Of a DNA stretch of 64,000 nucleotides, positions 27,201 to 39,495 are shown piece by piece (position 1 is the first letter of the stretch; every line of letters begins with the position of its first letter). A model generated the notes under the pieces. That model searched no databases and was not told where the DNA came from. It was given only the letters and a program-made list of their open reading frames with translations. A program made the position numbers and the translations under genes. Origin of the DNA: Psammoneis japonica (taxonomy: Eukaryota); contig QPGO01000096.1 in the NCBI GenBank assembly GCA_008632985.1, positions 124,001-188,000 on the forward strand, in the 5' to 3' direction.

Positions 27201-27392
27201 ACCGAACAGACAACCGCTTTATGACGCCGGTGGTCATCCAACCGGTCTAGACAAGGAGCACGCCCACAAGATTTCTCTGATATGGAATCCTGCAATGAGA
27301 CATGGTACATGTATTATTGCGCAGTCGGCAACAAAGGTCGTGGCATTGGACTTTTGACAAGCAAACCAATCGATGGCAGCCTACCGGTTTAG
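24265..27392 (+). CDS. Alpha-L-rhamnosidase (GH78), apparently fused to a C-terminal five-bladed beta-propeller glycoside hydrolase domain; no introns seen
   Basis: YDFG.EL.G, AFRYV, DGIKRDRLPWTGD, FVDW, GATTFFE, SLCHAWSAGP, VPTPFG. Downstream fragments (WYMSFIGFDG, SNDGLTWER, IYQPWL, DNPVL, WYMYYCAV) continue through frameshifts to TAG 27390-27392. Confidence 0.8.
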
Positions 27393-27439
27393 GTATGGCA
27401 CTGACGTAGGCTCCTACCAAATCCAAGGAACATGAAACC

Positions 27440-28850
27440 AGTCTCTTTCACCTTCGGGTATTTCCATGGCTTTACTTCACAGCGAGATGTCCGTTGTTCC
27501 CAAGCTTTACGTATTCATTTTCTGCACGCGCCCGGGTTGCTCCGATGCCAAGTTTGTTATTCAGCTCGACCAGTCTCCGTATCGAACAGTCCCCATTCCG
27601 AATCATGCATGTTTACCATTTTCGCACGGCGCGGTTACCCTGGTGCTCCCAAAAGATTGGCTGTGGCGTTCTTGCTCGTCTAAACCGATGTAAAGCTCTC
27701 GCTTTCAAGTTTCGGGATTCTCTCTCCTTCAAGAAGAGACGGAAACTAGCTGCCACAAACATCATATCTTGTAGCTACAATGTCGAGCATGATCCACGGC
27801 TTGTGATGAATGCGTCCAGGGATGGTGGTTACGCATTTTCCCAGCGAATGAAAAAGGGAGTTGCAATTCCGCCCTCGTGAACCCGCGCTCTTGAGCAACC
27901 GAAATGCGTATTTGATGCGTTTGCCCATAGAAGATCATAGCTCTAATAAAAAGTTCAATCCGCCTCGCAACCTGCACTTGAGCAGCCGAAACGGCGTATT
28001 TGGTGCGTTTGCCGATGAAAGATCATGGCTCGTTAAGCCCCGGGGTTCTAGTAGGATTGTTGCCGACTATTGTATGGTTGTGTCCCGTCGTTAGCAACAG
28101 TGCCATAGAATTGCAGGCCAATGACCTCTTCCCCGCACTCTTTTACGGACTCGGCACATCCGCCATTATCAGAGAAGAGCATTAACGGTGTTGTCAAGCA
28201 CATCTTTGTCTTTAGAGCCTTCACAAAGCGACCAATGCCAAAATCCATTACATCAATCATGGCTGCATACGTTGCCATAAGGAGCATGATTCCAGTCCTT
28301 GTAATTCGCTTCTTTCCCAGGTGTGGCATTGATGTCAAGTGGAGAACAAGCCCAACGGTTTTTAACAAGGCCCATTTGCTTTGGTCTCTCACCCATTGTC
28401 ACTGGAGCTCATCCAGACTGTGTTTACATTTGCCTTGGTGTTTGGACATCACCTCTGGTGGAGCATGAAGTTGCCAGTGAGAGGAGCCAAGGAACACCAC
28501 ATGCAGAAAGAAGGGCCCACATGCACCATGAAGAATGTGATGCACTTCATCATTGACTGCATCAGTGTGGCAGTGGTTGCTGGGTTTTTCTGGCTGGGCT
28601 TTGGTGTTTTTAATGAGTGGTGGCAGAGATCACAACAGCTGCCTGCTCCCCCTGGGATGCTGCAGTGCTCACCAAATTCTTGCTGCACAGGCAGTGCACA
28701 GCTTTCATTTCCAGCCTTTTCTGATGCAGCACTCTGGCAAGTGCGGGGAAGGCAATCTCCACCATGGTGCTGTTTCCCACACTCACATGCATTTTGCATC
28801 TGCTGGTTTTCACAACTTCTGCAATGTCCACACCTTGGTGTGCTTTTCCA
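27440..28850 (-). pseudogene. Arylsulfatase (S1 family, bacterial AtsA-like) pseudogene, 5' half hypermutated
   Basis: YAAMIDVMDFGIGR, FSDNGG, NTPFR..K, HEGGIATP, IFWEHQGNRAVR. Upstream, decayed PFFLH...HWQLHAP...KHQGKC and IPGGAGSCCD. Confidence 0.8.
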
Positions 28851-30800
28851 AGGCCGTGGTTGTGTGCCGTGTGCACAACACCAGATTGATGTGAGCAAAG
28901 GGACTTTTGATGCCAGTGCTTTGGGCAGGAGAATTCTCAAACTTGTCCTTCCTTGCACATTTGATGACTGAGAAGATCTGATGTTTCTGTTGCCACACCC
29001 ACTGTTGCACCTTTTCCAGTGTGCAATTTGGCACGCCACTGTGATTTGACTTGGCTGGTTGTTGGCACCAGCACTCATCTTCCCTGAGTTGCTGGGAGCA
29101 CAGCAAAGCAATGCTTGGCAAAACATTCCAGTGATCATGATGGCCCTTGAAGTGCTTGGACTTTTTGGCGGGACTCTCTGGAGCACTGCTCAGCTCAGCA
29201 TTTAACTGTGTGCTGGTGCGCTGCTTCTTTGTGCTCTTCTCTTGGTTGCCAAACAACATTTTGTTCACATCTTCTCTTGCCACATTGTAAACTTTTTTGC
29301 CCAAGACCATCTTTCTCCAGCCACACTTTGGAGATGAGATGGTGCAGAGAGTCCCAAACAATGTTGGCCCAATGTTGGCCCCACAAGAGGTTCCAACTTC
29401 TGCTGGTCATGTCGGGTTTGTGAGTCTGAGAGCCTCACCCACAAACAGGCCATCTGCTGCATGCACTGGACACACTGCAGCAAGCTTTTGATGCAGCTCC
29501 ATGTCTTTCCCAACTCCAGCGGCGCATGTGCACAACAGCGCTGCTGCATTTCTTCAATGTGGGGGCACTTGCAGAGCTGTGTGGCTTGCTTTTCATAATC
29601 TGGGGCAGCATGTCCAGCACAGATGGCTCAAATTTGCTTTCATGGCATCAAGGAATGTGGTGCTGCCACAGCACACATCTGCAGCCACTTTTTGCATGGT
29701 TTGCGTCATTCAAGCAACAGCCTTGGTCCTGTCTTCAACATCACACTCCAAGCTGGAGTCAAAGTCAGAGAGATGTGGTCTTTCAGAATTTGAAGAAAGT
29801 CTGCTGCTTCAAGACCACAGCAGCCAGTTTCTGGTGGGTTGTTCATTGCAGCTCTCATTGGCCCAGCCAAGTCCGTGTCTCTGGAAGATGCTGGGCTTTT
29901 CCACCCTCATCAAGGGGCTCGAAAGAAACAAGCTTTTGTGCTGATCCATCATGCGATGGCTTTGCTTCTGAGTGTGCTTTCTGTGTTATGCCCCAACACT
30001 GTGGCAAATCCCTGATCACCACAAGCTTGCAATGCTGTCAAGTGCAACACCTGTTTTCTTCATTGCCAGAAACAGCTCTCCACAAATGGGGTGCCAGGAC
30101 AACACAGTTCATGCTGCACACTGAAACAAATTGGCCATGCCCACAAGCATCCTGTGCCTCTCAACACCCTGTGTTTAAAGAGTTGGGTTTTGCTCCTGAG
30201 GCGAGACAGTCAATGACTCATGCTCTTTTGACAAGCTTTTGAGCTGCAAAACAGCGCTTGCTTGAGGAGCTGATGGCCGGCATGACAACGGCAATGAGAG
30301 ATCACCAGCATTCTGCAAATTAGTTGACGCAGCTTGCAGCTGACAATCATGAATGAAAACAATTTGTGCTCTTGGCATGAGAGAAAACAGCTTGATGGGT
30401 TTCTTCTTCTTCTTCTCTTCCTCAAGTCCAGTGTCTTCTTGTTGTTTGCTCTGCTCCACACTTTTCCAACAATGTACGGCCATGCCATCATTTGTCATCT
30501 TGTCAGGGAAACACTCATCAGCCAATGTCTTCTTGGCATTGCAGTGCATTTCTTCATCTTGTTGCTCTTTGGCAGTTTTCTCTGGGCCAGGCGTGGGGCT
30601 GCGACATTCTTGTTGAGTCTGGTGCTGAAAGAGTTGGAGACAGCATCACATCGCCAAACTCAGGATGGAGTGGTGGGTGTTCAACAAAGAATTGAGCCAT
30701 GATGGAAGCAACAGTGCCATTTGTGGTGCCCCCTGCATTTGCAGAGAGATGAGAAATGGGAAACGGAGGATGCGTCACTTTGCTTGCTGGCCAAAGCGAC
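28320..30800. other. TpA/CpG-depleted hypermutated block 5
   Basis: Very few TA, TG/CA excess. Overlaps the 5' half of the sulfatase and unidentified decayed sequence. Confidence 0.85.
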
Positions 30801-31039
30801 CCACGTAACTTGACATTCATCTGAGAACTCATCGCAAAAATTCCAAATTCCAAAAGCCAACAAGCGCGCTCGTCCGTCCACCGACCGCAGCATGACCAGC
30901 ATCATCGCACGACCACCGCAGTTTCCATGATGAATGACATGACCGCAGTGCATAGTCTAGTCTAGTCGATGCTCTGCTAAGCATCTCCGACGAGACCTCA
31001 ATAACTGGTTGCAATTTTCGAACAGAGCATTCAAATCCA

Positions 31040-33867
31040 ATGTCATCCTCGCAAGACTTGTTGTCGTCGGCAGTAGAAAGCTCTCTGTCATTACGACTCG
31101 ATTCGGATGTTTGTGATTACATTACATCCCTGCTCACGGACGATCCACACGATGAGGATGCACGCGAGGCAGTCACGGCTCTGGTGGCTGGCTCTCTCGA
31201 AGACGAGGACGCTGACGAGGTTTGTTGTCAATTCTTTCAGCTCTTGGATTTTGGTATTGTCGGAAGTGATGCGAGTAGTATTCCATCCGAAAAAAAGGAC
31301 TCTGGATCGCAGCCACTTCGAAAGTTGGAACAGTCAGTCACCATGAAACACCACGACGTGGAGACGTTTGCTTCCGGTCTATCGGCAGAACCCGTGGACG
31401 ACGTCATGGGAGATGATACTACTGGAAAACAATCACAGATTGCCTCGTTTTATGCCAACATGATTGATCCATCCAAGAACGAGGCAGCCATGTCGGAACG
31501 AGCACGACGCAAAGCACGACAACGGGCTCTGAGACTCGAAATGGAACAACAAGAGCGACAGAGAGAAATTCAACACAATTTATCGTTGCTAGAACAAGAT
31601 GAGAGGGAAGAAAATGAAGAACAAGCCATGCTCAATGCTTCTTCTGACAATGCCTCCAATGTACACTTTACCAATTTCGATTTACCCAATCTCCGGGGTG
31701 GCGGACCGGACTTGTTGCAAAACACATCACTCACGCTCGCTTGTGAACGACGTTACGGACTCATGGGACGCAATGGATGTGGCAAAACAACCTTCTTGAC
31801 TCATGTGGCTACACGACAAACCGATGGTGCTGTCCCCAAAAATATGAGCATGCTCTTGGTACGACAAGAAATCATGGGCAACGACTGGACGGCTGTCGAG
31901 ACGGTGCTTAAGAGCGATGTCAAACGAGAAAGTGTAAAGAGATTCATTGCTTGGTGTGAAGAAGAATTGGAAAAGTTGGAAAATGGTGCTGCTGTCTCTA
32001 CGAAAACGATTAGTACAGACGAAATTGAAAAAGACAAGGGCAGCGCTACTACTGGTGCTGCAAACGAAAAGCCACCATCAGCTTCCAAGGGACGTCAAAA
32101 GTTGCGAGATCGAAAAAAGCAAGCCATGCTGAAAAAGCAAAAGGCTGCCAAAGGTGCGACGGATAAAGAAGAACCGTCGTCCAAGGAATCCATTGAGAAA
32201 AAGAAGACACAGCTGTCGCAAAAAGCTGGCACGTGCCTACGAACGACTGGCTCAAGTCGAACAATTAGACGGTGGGGATCCGGAACCACGAGCCCGTAAA
32301 GTATTGGCCGGACTGGGATTTTCAACAGAAATGCAAGACAAGCCCACTCAGGAATTATCGGGTGGATGGAGAATGAGAGTGTCACTCTCGTGTGCACTGT
32401 TTGCCAGTCCGTCACTATTACTTTTGGACGAACCTACCAACCATCTGGATCTAGAGTCCGTGTTATGGCTGGAGCGGTATCTAACAACAACCTTCAAGGG
32501 AACGCTCGTGGTGGTATCGCATGATCGGTACTTTTTGAACGAGGTTGTGACAGACGTGGTGCATTTCTACAGAAACAAGCTCACGTCGTATCGTGGAGAC
32601 ATTTCCAACTTTGAGGCAGTCCGAGAAGAAGAAAAGCAACGACAGCTGCGTCTTCGTGAAGTACAAGAATCCAAACGTGCTCACTTACAAAAGTATATTG
32701 ACTTGCACGCACAAGCTGGAGAAAACGGAGTCAAGGCTGCGAGACAACGAAAATCGAAAATGAAGAAACTAGACAAACTCGGTGTCATGGCACAAGAGGG
32801 TAAGAAATGGAAGGCAAGCTATGACGGCGATGCAGAACAGGTGGAGGAGTTTGTAGAAGATGAACAGGTGGTTTTGAAGTTTCCGGATCCTGGATCTTTT
32901 GAAAATGATATGGTACGACTTGAGCAAGTATCCTTTGGATACAGCGAAGACAAAATCTTGCTCGAGAACGTAGACCTGGTACGTGATACCGCTGTGTCTC
33001 GTCGTTTCTCTATCTCTTGATTGACTCACCTAGTGTGCTTGCATTTTGTATCATATACAGAGTATTGGTTTGAAATCTCGAGTGGCGCTACTCGGAAGAA
33101 ATGGTTGTGGAAAGAGCACACTGATCAAGCTTGTGGTTGGGGCGCTACACCCTCTCAAGGGTAAAGCGGTAAGTTCAGTTTTGTATGGTTTGCCGAGATC
33201 CAAGATATTGGGGTCGAGTCAATTTTCATTCCACACCATTGGAGCTGACTTTGATTGTATACTTTGCTTATGTGGCATGTAGACAATTGATGGTCGGGCC
33301 AAGATTGAATACCTTGCCCAACATCAGTTGGAACAGCTTGATCCCGACGGTACACCAATGCAGACAATGATTGATCGATACCCTGGTGATGGCGGCAATG
33401 AGCACATTCTTAAGCTTCGTAGGTATCTGGCCAACTTTGGCCTTGGAGGAGAGATTCTTCCCAAGCAACGCATTCACACCATGTCAGGAGGACAAAAGTG
33501 CCGATTATGTCTGGCTTGTGCCATGTATAGGAAACCACACTTGCTTATTCTTGATGAGGTAAGGCACTAGAAGAGCATGTGATGAATCTTCCTTTCCCGC
33601 CGTAATGTAATTCACACCGCGCACTTTTTTGTTGCAACGTAGCCAACGAATCACTTGGATCTTGAAACGACCGATGCTCTCATTGAGGCTATTCGAAACT
33701 TCCAGGGTGGGGTACTGCTTGTGAGCCATGACCAGCACTTGTTGACAAGTGTTTGCAAGCATCTCTACGTCTTACAAGACGGCAGCTTGGAGCTCCTGAA
33801 GCAAGGAATGAGCAACGGCGAAGCTTTTGAGGCATACAAGAAGGCTGTCATTCAGGGTAGAAGATAA
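31040..33867 (+). CDS. ABC-F family ATPase (GCN20/ABCF3-like); 4 exons
   Basis: Two cassettes: [26 protein letters not shown] and [23 protein letters not shown]. Introns 32979-33060, 33169-33282, 33559-33642. Frameshift near 32220. Confidence 0.92.
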
Positions 33868-33997
33868 AACGATGCGTAACGTACAGTTAGCCTCACTAAT
33901 TGACTATGCCGGTAGAGTGCGAAGCGGCAACTAGTCAGGTTGACACTTTGATGTATCGAAACATCGTCGTGTTCTCACTGCTGTGGTCAGCGATGAG

Positions 33998-34233
33998 CTC
34001 TACTCTAGTAGAGAGCTCCATATTCTTAATCCAGTCTCTAGAGAATTGGTTGACACTACATTCAATAGCAGCTGCCAGCTAGCTAAGGTAGGCTAGCTAT
34101 AGAGTAGCCCTCTACTCTATAGTAGAGAGTTACCCTACCCAAAAACGAGAAGACTATCTACTCCCTACTTACTCTCTACTCTAGCTAGAGAGCTAGCTAG
34201 CTAGTAGTAATAGAGTAGGCTAGAGGTAGGCCC
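33998..34233. repeat. CTAG/CTAC/GTAG-rich low-complexity intergenic tract
   Basis: Dense TAGCTAG, CTACTCTA and TAGAGTAG words. Shorter versions occur in other intergenic spacers. Confidence 0.7.
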
Positions 34234-34708
34234 TATTGCGAACAGGCGCGTGAGTTCCTAAAGAACATTTTTTGATTCCATCCCATACCGGTACATACTG
34301 TACCTCGTTGATTCTGATTGGATATAAGCGCAAATTGCAAACTTCCGGAACAAACCCAAGAAGTTTTTCGACACCTGATCAATATGAAGAAATACATCTC
34401 TGAGGAAAGCATCAAATTCTAGTCCAATGAATTTGCAATGATTCAGAACTGGTGTCAGCCTATTCACTAAATAAATCGCAACGGAAAGATACTTCGGTCT
34501 CGACGTCAGCGTGACAATGAGAATGCAACAGAACCACTCAAAAATTGATTTTTCTGGTTCGGGGGTTGTAATTGCGCGACGCTATGACAATGCGTAGGTT
34601 TCTACGTGACTTCCGTACTGAGCACAAAGATCTGCAACGGCATGTTGTGAAAGATCTTCTCACAAATTCAATCGGGTTCGCACTGTGAGAGCAAAAAGCA
34701 AGACCATC

Positions 34709-35848
34709 ATGGCTACCAACTTTGACCGCACCAATCCCATGGCTGGCCTCCCGCCGGCTAAGCTCCTCGAAGATGGTGGATACACTCCTCAGTTCAAGGA
34801 CGTTCTTCTCCAGGAAGAAGCTCTGTTGACCATCAAGACGACCTTCGAAGCGAACCTCAAGCAGAACGCAAACTTGGTCCGCGTTTCTTGTCCCATGTTT
34901 GTGACACAAAAGTCGGGTTTCAACGATAACCTGAACGGAACCGAGAGGCCTGCCACCTTTACTCCTCGTGACTTCCCCAAGACCAAGCTCGAGGTTCCTT
35001 TCTCTTTAGCCAAGTGGAAGAGGTGGGCCCTTCACTACTACAACGTTCCAGCTGGAAAGGGTATCGTCACCGATTTCCGCGGCTTGCGTTGCGACGACGA
35101 TGTCGACTTCACTCACTCTCTCTACGTCGACCAGTGGGATTGGGAAAAGGTCATTACGGACGAAGATCGCACCGTGGATACCCTCAAGGAAACGGTCAAG
35201 CAAATCTACAAGTCGGTATACGACACTGAACAGACCGTGTCACAAAAGTATGGTATTGAAGCCGTACTTCCCAAGGATATTGTCTTCTGCTCTACCGACG
35301 AGCTTCTGGAAAAATACCCCCAAGCTTCCCCCAAGGAACGCGAGAACATTGTCTGCAAGGAGCACGGCGCTGTCTTCCTGATGGGAATTGGAGGACTCAA
35401 GGCTGACGGCACCCTTCGCCACGACGGTCGTGCCCCAGATTACGACGACTGGATCACCCAGAGGCCCGATGGCGGACATGGCCTCAACGGTGACATTCTT
35501 GTCTGGAACGAACTCCTCGGGCAATCCTTTGAGCTCTCCTCCATGGGTATCCGTGTCAACCCGGAAACCATGGAGAAGCAGCTTGAACTCTGCAAGGTCC
35601 CCGAGCGCAAGCAATTCGTTTGGCATCAGATGCAGCTCGATGGTACTCTTCCCCAGACCATTGGTGGAGGTGTTGGACAAAGTCGTCTCTGCCAGTTCAT
35701 GCTCCGGTGTGCTCACATTGGTGAAGTCCAACATGGATGGTACAATCCCGACGAGGTTGCAGAACTCCGCGAGCACGGAATTCGTCTTCTCGGACTTGGA
35801 GAGTACGACGAAGATCCTTTGGCCAAGAGTCGCCATATCAGTGCCTAA
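34709..35848 (+). CDS. asnA: Asparagine synthetase A (aspartate-ammonia ligase)
   Basis: DNLNGTERP, SLAKWKR, HSLYVDQWDWEKVI, HDGRAPDYDDW, LNGDILVWN, FELSSMGIRV, LPQTIGGGVGQSRL. Intact and intronless. Confidence 0.96.
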   Translation: MATNFDRTNPMAGLPPAKLLEDGGYTPQFKDVLLQEEALLTIKTTFEANLKQNANLVRVSCPMFVTQKSGFNDNLNGTERPATFTPRDFPKTKLEVPFSLAKWKRWALHYYNVPAGKGIVTDFRGLRCDDDVDFTHSLYVDQWDWEKVITDEDRTVDTLKETVKQIYKSVYDTEQTVSQKYGIEAVLPKDIVFCSTDELLEKYPQASPKERENIVCKEHGAVFLMGIGGLKADGTLRHDGRAPDYDDWITQRPDGGHGLNGDILVWNELLGQSFELSSMGIRVNPETMEKQLELCKVPERKQFVWHQMQLDGTLPQTIGGGVGQSRLCQFMLRCAHIGEVQHGWYNPDEVAELREHGIRLLGLGEYDEDPLAKSRHISA

Positions 35849-36291
35849 GTTTGTGTTGGCAATAATTTGATTATTCATATTGTACATGATTACGACAGAG
35901 TCCACCACTTTGCAACTACGTTTTAACAGAGAGCCGCATACCTCTCGCGCATATAGTCAGGACTCTTTTGTCGTTATATAAAAAAATAATAGATTGCGCT
36001 TAGCGACTTGCAGAAAAACATTTGTCATTTTATGATGCTAATTTAGAAGAAAAGGCGGATGTGGCTCCAGATTGTGTGTATATTGAGAGAAACGAACAAC
36101 CAATCTCACGTTGAGTTTTGCTGCAGCATGCCGCAACATTTTATTTTTTCTTTGATATTCGCTCGGGAGTACGTAACATGCCGCCCTTTTCCTTCGTACC
36201 GAACTGTAAGGTAGATAGCTGTAAACAATGCATCCGTTTTGTCTACGTAAATATGGAGAAACTCAATCAATTTTTTAAGTATGAGTTTTGT

Positions 36292-37649
36292 TTACGTGTT
36301 GTGCTGTCGACGATGCAGAACAGTTCTCCCCCTAAAATCATCTCGAGAGAAGCGCCAGAACGCACGTGTGGACGAGGACGTTTCGTCTTGTTCCGTGTGT
36401 TGAACACTCACTTGGAGTTGTGGCTGTGTTGCAGTTTCGTCCAGTGTTTGAACCTCTTGGTTTAACGTTTGCGGCTCTTCAAGCTGAAATGGTGGCATGT
36501 CACCCCCCGACCCTCCCTCGTCTTGTTCTTGTCCTTGTCGTGTTGGATATTGTGGTGACGCAACATTGGGCGTTTGACAAAGTGGGCACACGTTGCGTCG
36601 TGGTAACCAAACCTTCAAACAGTCAACATGAAAGACATGATTACATGGCAAGGCCCCAACCCTGTCTCCATCATGTATCTCTGCAAAACAGATTGTACAG
36701 CTTTCCACATTGTCGTCTGCGTCATCGTCATCTTGATTCTGATTGTCTGCCACAGAGCTATCCTCGACAGTATGGTGTGGTGCTTGGTATCGTTTCGTTT
36801 TTAATGCAAGCTGTGTAGGAACCTCAATGTCTTCGTTCTCCAACGCAGCCAACTGGTTTGCCTCGGTTGCACGCTGTATTTCCTCCAGAATAACATCTTG
36901 TGGGTCTCGTTGTCTTCGGCGAAAAAATCTCCAACGACTCCGTCTTGAATTTCTTCATTATTGCCTCCCATCATTTGTCGAATCAAATCCTCATTGAGGG
37001 ACGGATAACAACACTTGGCCACGATGAATTGACGTGCATTTCGTCCTTGCTGTGTGCATACAAAGTAAATCAGGAGCGCCAAGTACCACAAAAGGATGAC
37101 AGGCCAAGCATTACGAACAAGAGACGTTCTGGAACTGTTGGAAAAGCACCCGACATTGGTGACATCGTACAGATCCCATGGCTGCGGGATGCCGCATATG
37201 GACTTTTGAATTGGGCAGTAAGGCTTTGACAGGTTTGTGTATAAGTCGGGAAAACAAAAGCACTGTCGCACGTATATCACATCGTCCTCATTGACATCTT
37301 GTTGTTGCATGAATTGTTCTTGTGCATTTCTATTATTTGGTGATATAAACATGGCTGGTGATTCGCCTCCTCGTAAGTTTCGATTATCATCTGGATCTAT
37401 ACTGGGAGGGACCAAGCCACTGCCTCCAGCCCCGTCTCCTCCACCACCGCCGGGAGTGGTTGAATTACCCACAACAGCAACAAAATCTCCCGAAACTGGA
37501 TCTCGCACAGCCGCAATCACGGGCATTCGTGTCAGACTGCAAGCTCGCTGAAACCGGTTGAACGAAGCAGAGACAGAGACTGTATCTTTGCACAGTAGAA
37601 CAACCCATCCCGTCAACAGGATTTGTAATCTTGCTCTTTTGAAACCCAT
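36292..37649 (-). CDS. Membrane-anchored RING-H2 E3 ligase-like protein
   Basis: Signal peptide, TM helix, CTIC..EIHDGD....LPCNHVFHVDCL..WL....CPLC. Frameshift near 36900. Confidence 0.85.
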
Positions 37650-37948
37650 CAGTTTGTCACATCGAATTGGAGTCCATCCATATTATGAAGTAAGTAGGCT
37701 ATGACGCTATGGTATGTTGTGTGAAAGCACACAGTGAAAAGCACGACGGATTGTCACTTCTCGTTGTTGTGAGGAACTTTTTCGCGGGAAACCACACCAC
37801 ATTATGATATGCTAAATAAATCGCAATATAAAAAGCTACATTCATTTTAAAATATCATAAATTGATTTTTCAACTGTCGACGTTCAGACGGAACACGTAC
37901 CAATCGCAAAAATATCAATTTTCGATTTTCGATTTTCTCCCTCCGACC

Positions 37949-38814
37949 ATGGTGAAGCAAGAAACAAAGGCCAGATCCAAGTTATGGTACCTCTTTTTGA
38001 TACCACTTCTTGCCCTTATTGTCCACTATGCTGTTGTATTCTTTACTGTCGATACGCCACCGCCAGATTTTGGTTCGGGTCAAATGTTTGATGTGATTGC
38101 CACGCGCTACGACATGATCAACCGCGTCTTGGCCTTTCGTATGGATGTCGGTTGGAGAAAACGCATGGTACAAGTCATCAAGACAAACACTGGCTATGAA
38201 TCGTCTCCTAGACTCTTGGACATGGCCACGGGAACAGCAGATGTCGCACTCTTGTTGGCTGATGCAATCCCAACAGCAACGGTAATTGGAATGGATCCGT
38301 CGTTCAACATGCTTCAAGTGGGACGCGACAAGGTCAAGCAAGCCGAGTTGCATGATCGAATTCGACTCGTCCAAGGAGATTCACGCACGCTATCCAAACA
38401 TTTGGAATCTCCCAATCAGAAATTTGACGCAGCCACCATGGCGTTTGGGATTCGCAACGTGCCGGAACGACACGTTGCACTCTGTGAAATTCATGCCGCA
38501 CTCAAACCGGACGCTACATTTTGCATATTGGAATTCTCGGAGCCTCCCGAAAACTCTGGATTTATTCGAGATCTGGCGCGATTCTTTATTCGCAAGGTTG
38601 TGCCCGTTCTGGGGGAATCTTGAGTGGCGCACCACGAGAATATCTCCACTTGCAAAACTCGATTCAAGATTTTCCTTCTCCGCCAGAGTTTGTCAGTTTA
38701 CTGGAAAACCTACAATGTGAGACTGGGGAATTTCACGTGGAAGAACTCATTCAAATGAACTTTGATAGCGTTCAGCTATACGTGGCAAAAAAGGTGGCAA
38801 AAGAAGTAAACTAG
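37949..38814 (+). CDS. UbiE/MenG/COQ5-family SAM methyltransferase
   Basis: MFDVIATRYDMINR, LLDMATGTADVA, FDAATMAFGIRNV, ILEFS, YLQNSI..FP. Frameshift in a G-run near 38612. Confidence 0.88.
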
Positions 38815-39495
38815 CAAACATGTTGTGCTATGCCGGGCGCTTCGTTGAGGAATTGAAAAGGAGTCTAGTTTCATTTATGAAATTGATATTCTGTATTTTT
38901 ATTGATATCACCTTTGCTTGATGGCATTGCAAACCTACTATTCCGTAACAGTTGCAAGATAGAGTTTGACTCTAGAAGTAGTCTTGATCGATCCTCTACC
39001 TACCGGTATTAGTACCTGGTACTCGAATAGCAGTTTGACTCAAGAGCGTGATCTGGAATACGAAACAGCTATTGGATCGCGTAGGCAAAGGAGACTCTAA
39101 AGAGGAAACCTTGACGCCATGAAACTAGTAGTAAGGCTATCCGCCCCATGCTTCAGCCCATCACCGCACACTGCCGCGACAGTCGGGTGAGAGATGAGGT
39201 GGCGACACACGAACTGCGGAACGTTCTGGAAGTCGAATCTGTTCTTCGTGACTGAGGAGCGCATGACAGACCAGAGCATACGTCATTAGAAATCAAATAC
39301 GACTCTGAATATTTCTTTTATTATGACTCAGTCCGCCATTGAATGCATTGTGATGGTCACTTTTTGGAATTTTCAGCTGGCAACTCCGTCTAAATCCAAT
39401 ACGTGGTTGGATTTTTGGCAAGAGTCCGCAACACTACTTGCTTTAGGGTTTTGCAGCACGTGCATTCTCGTTGCGAATTCAACCAAGAAGTAGCC

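Noticed and set aside
34233..34467. Short ORFs upstream of asnA
   Set aside because: Under 70 aa with no recognisable motif; likely promoter or intergenic sequence.
35240..35908. 222-aa antisense ORF over asnA (similarly antisense ORFs at 3888-4520 and 40456-41001)
   Set aside because: Shadow ORFs arising from the codon bias or low complexity of the sense gene.
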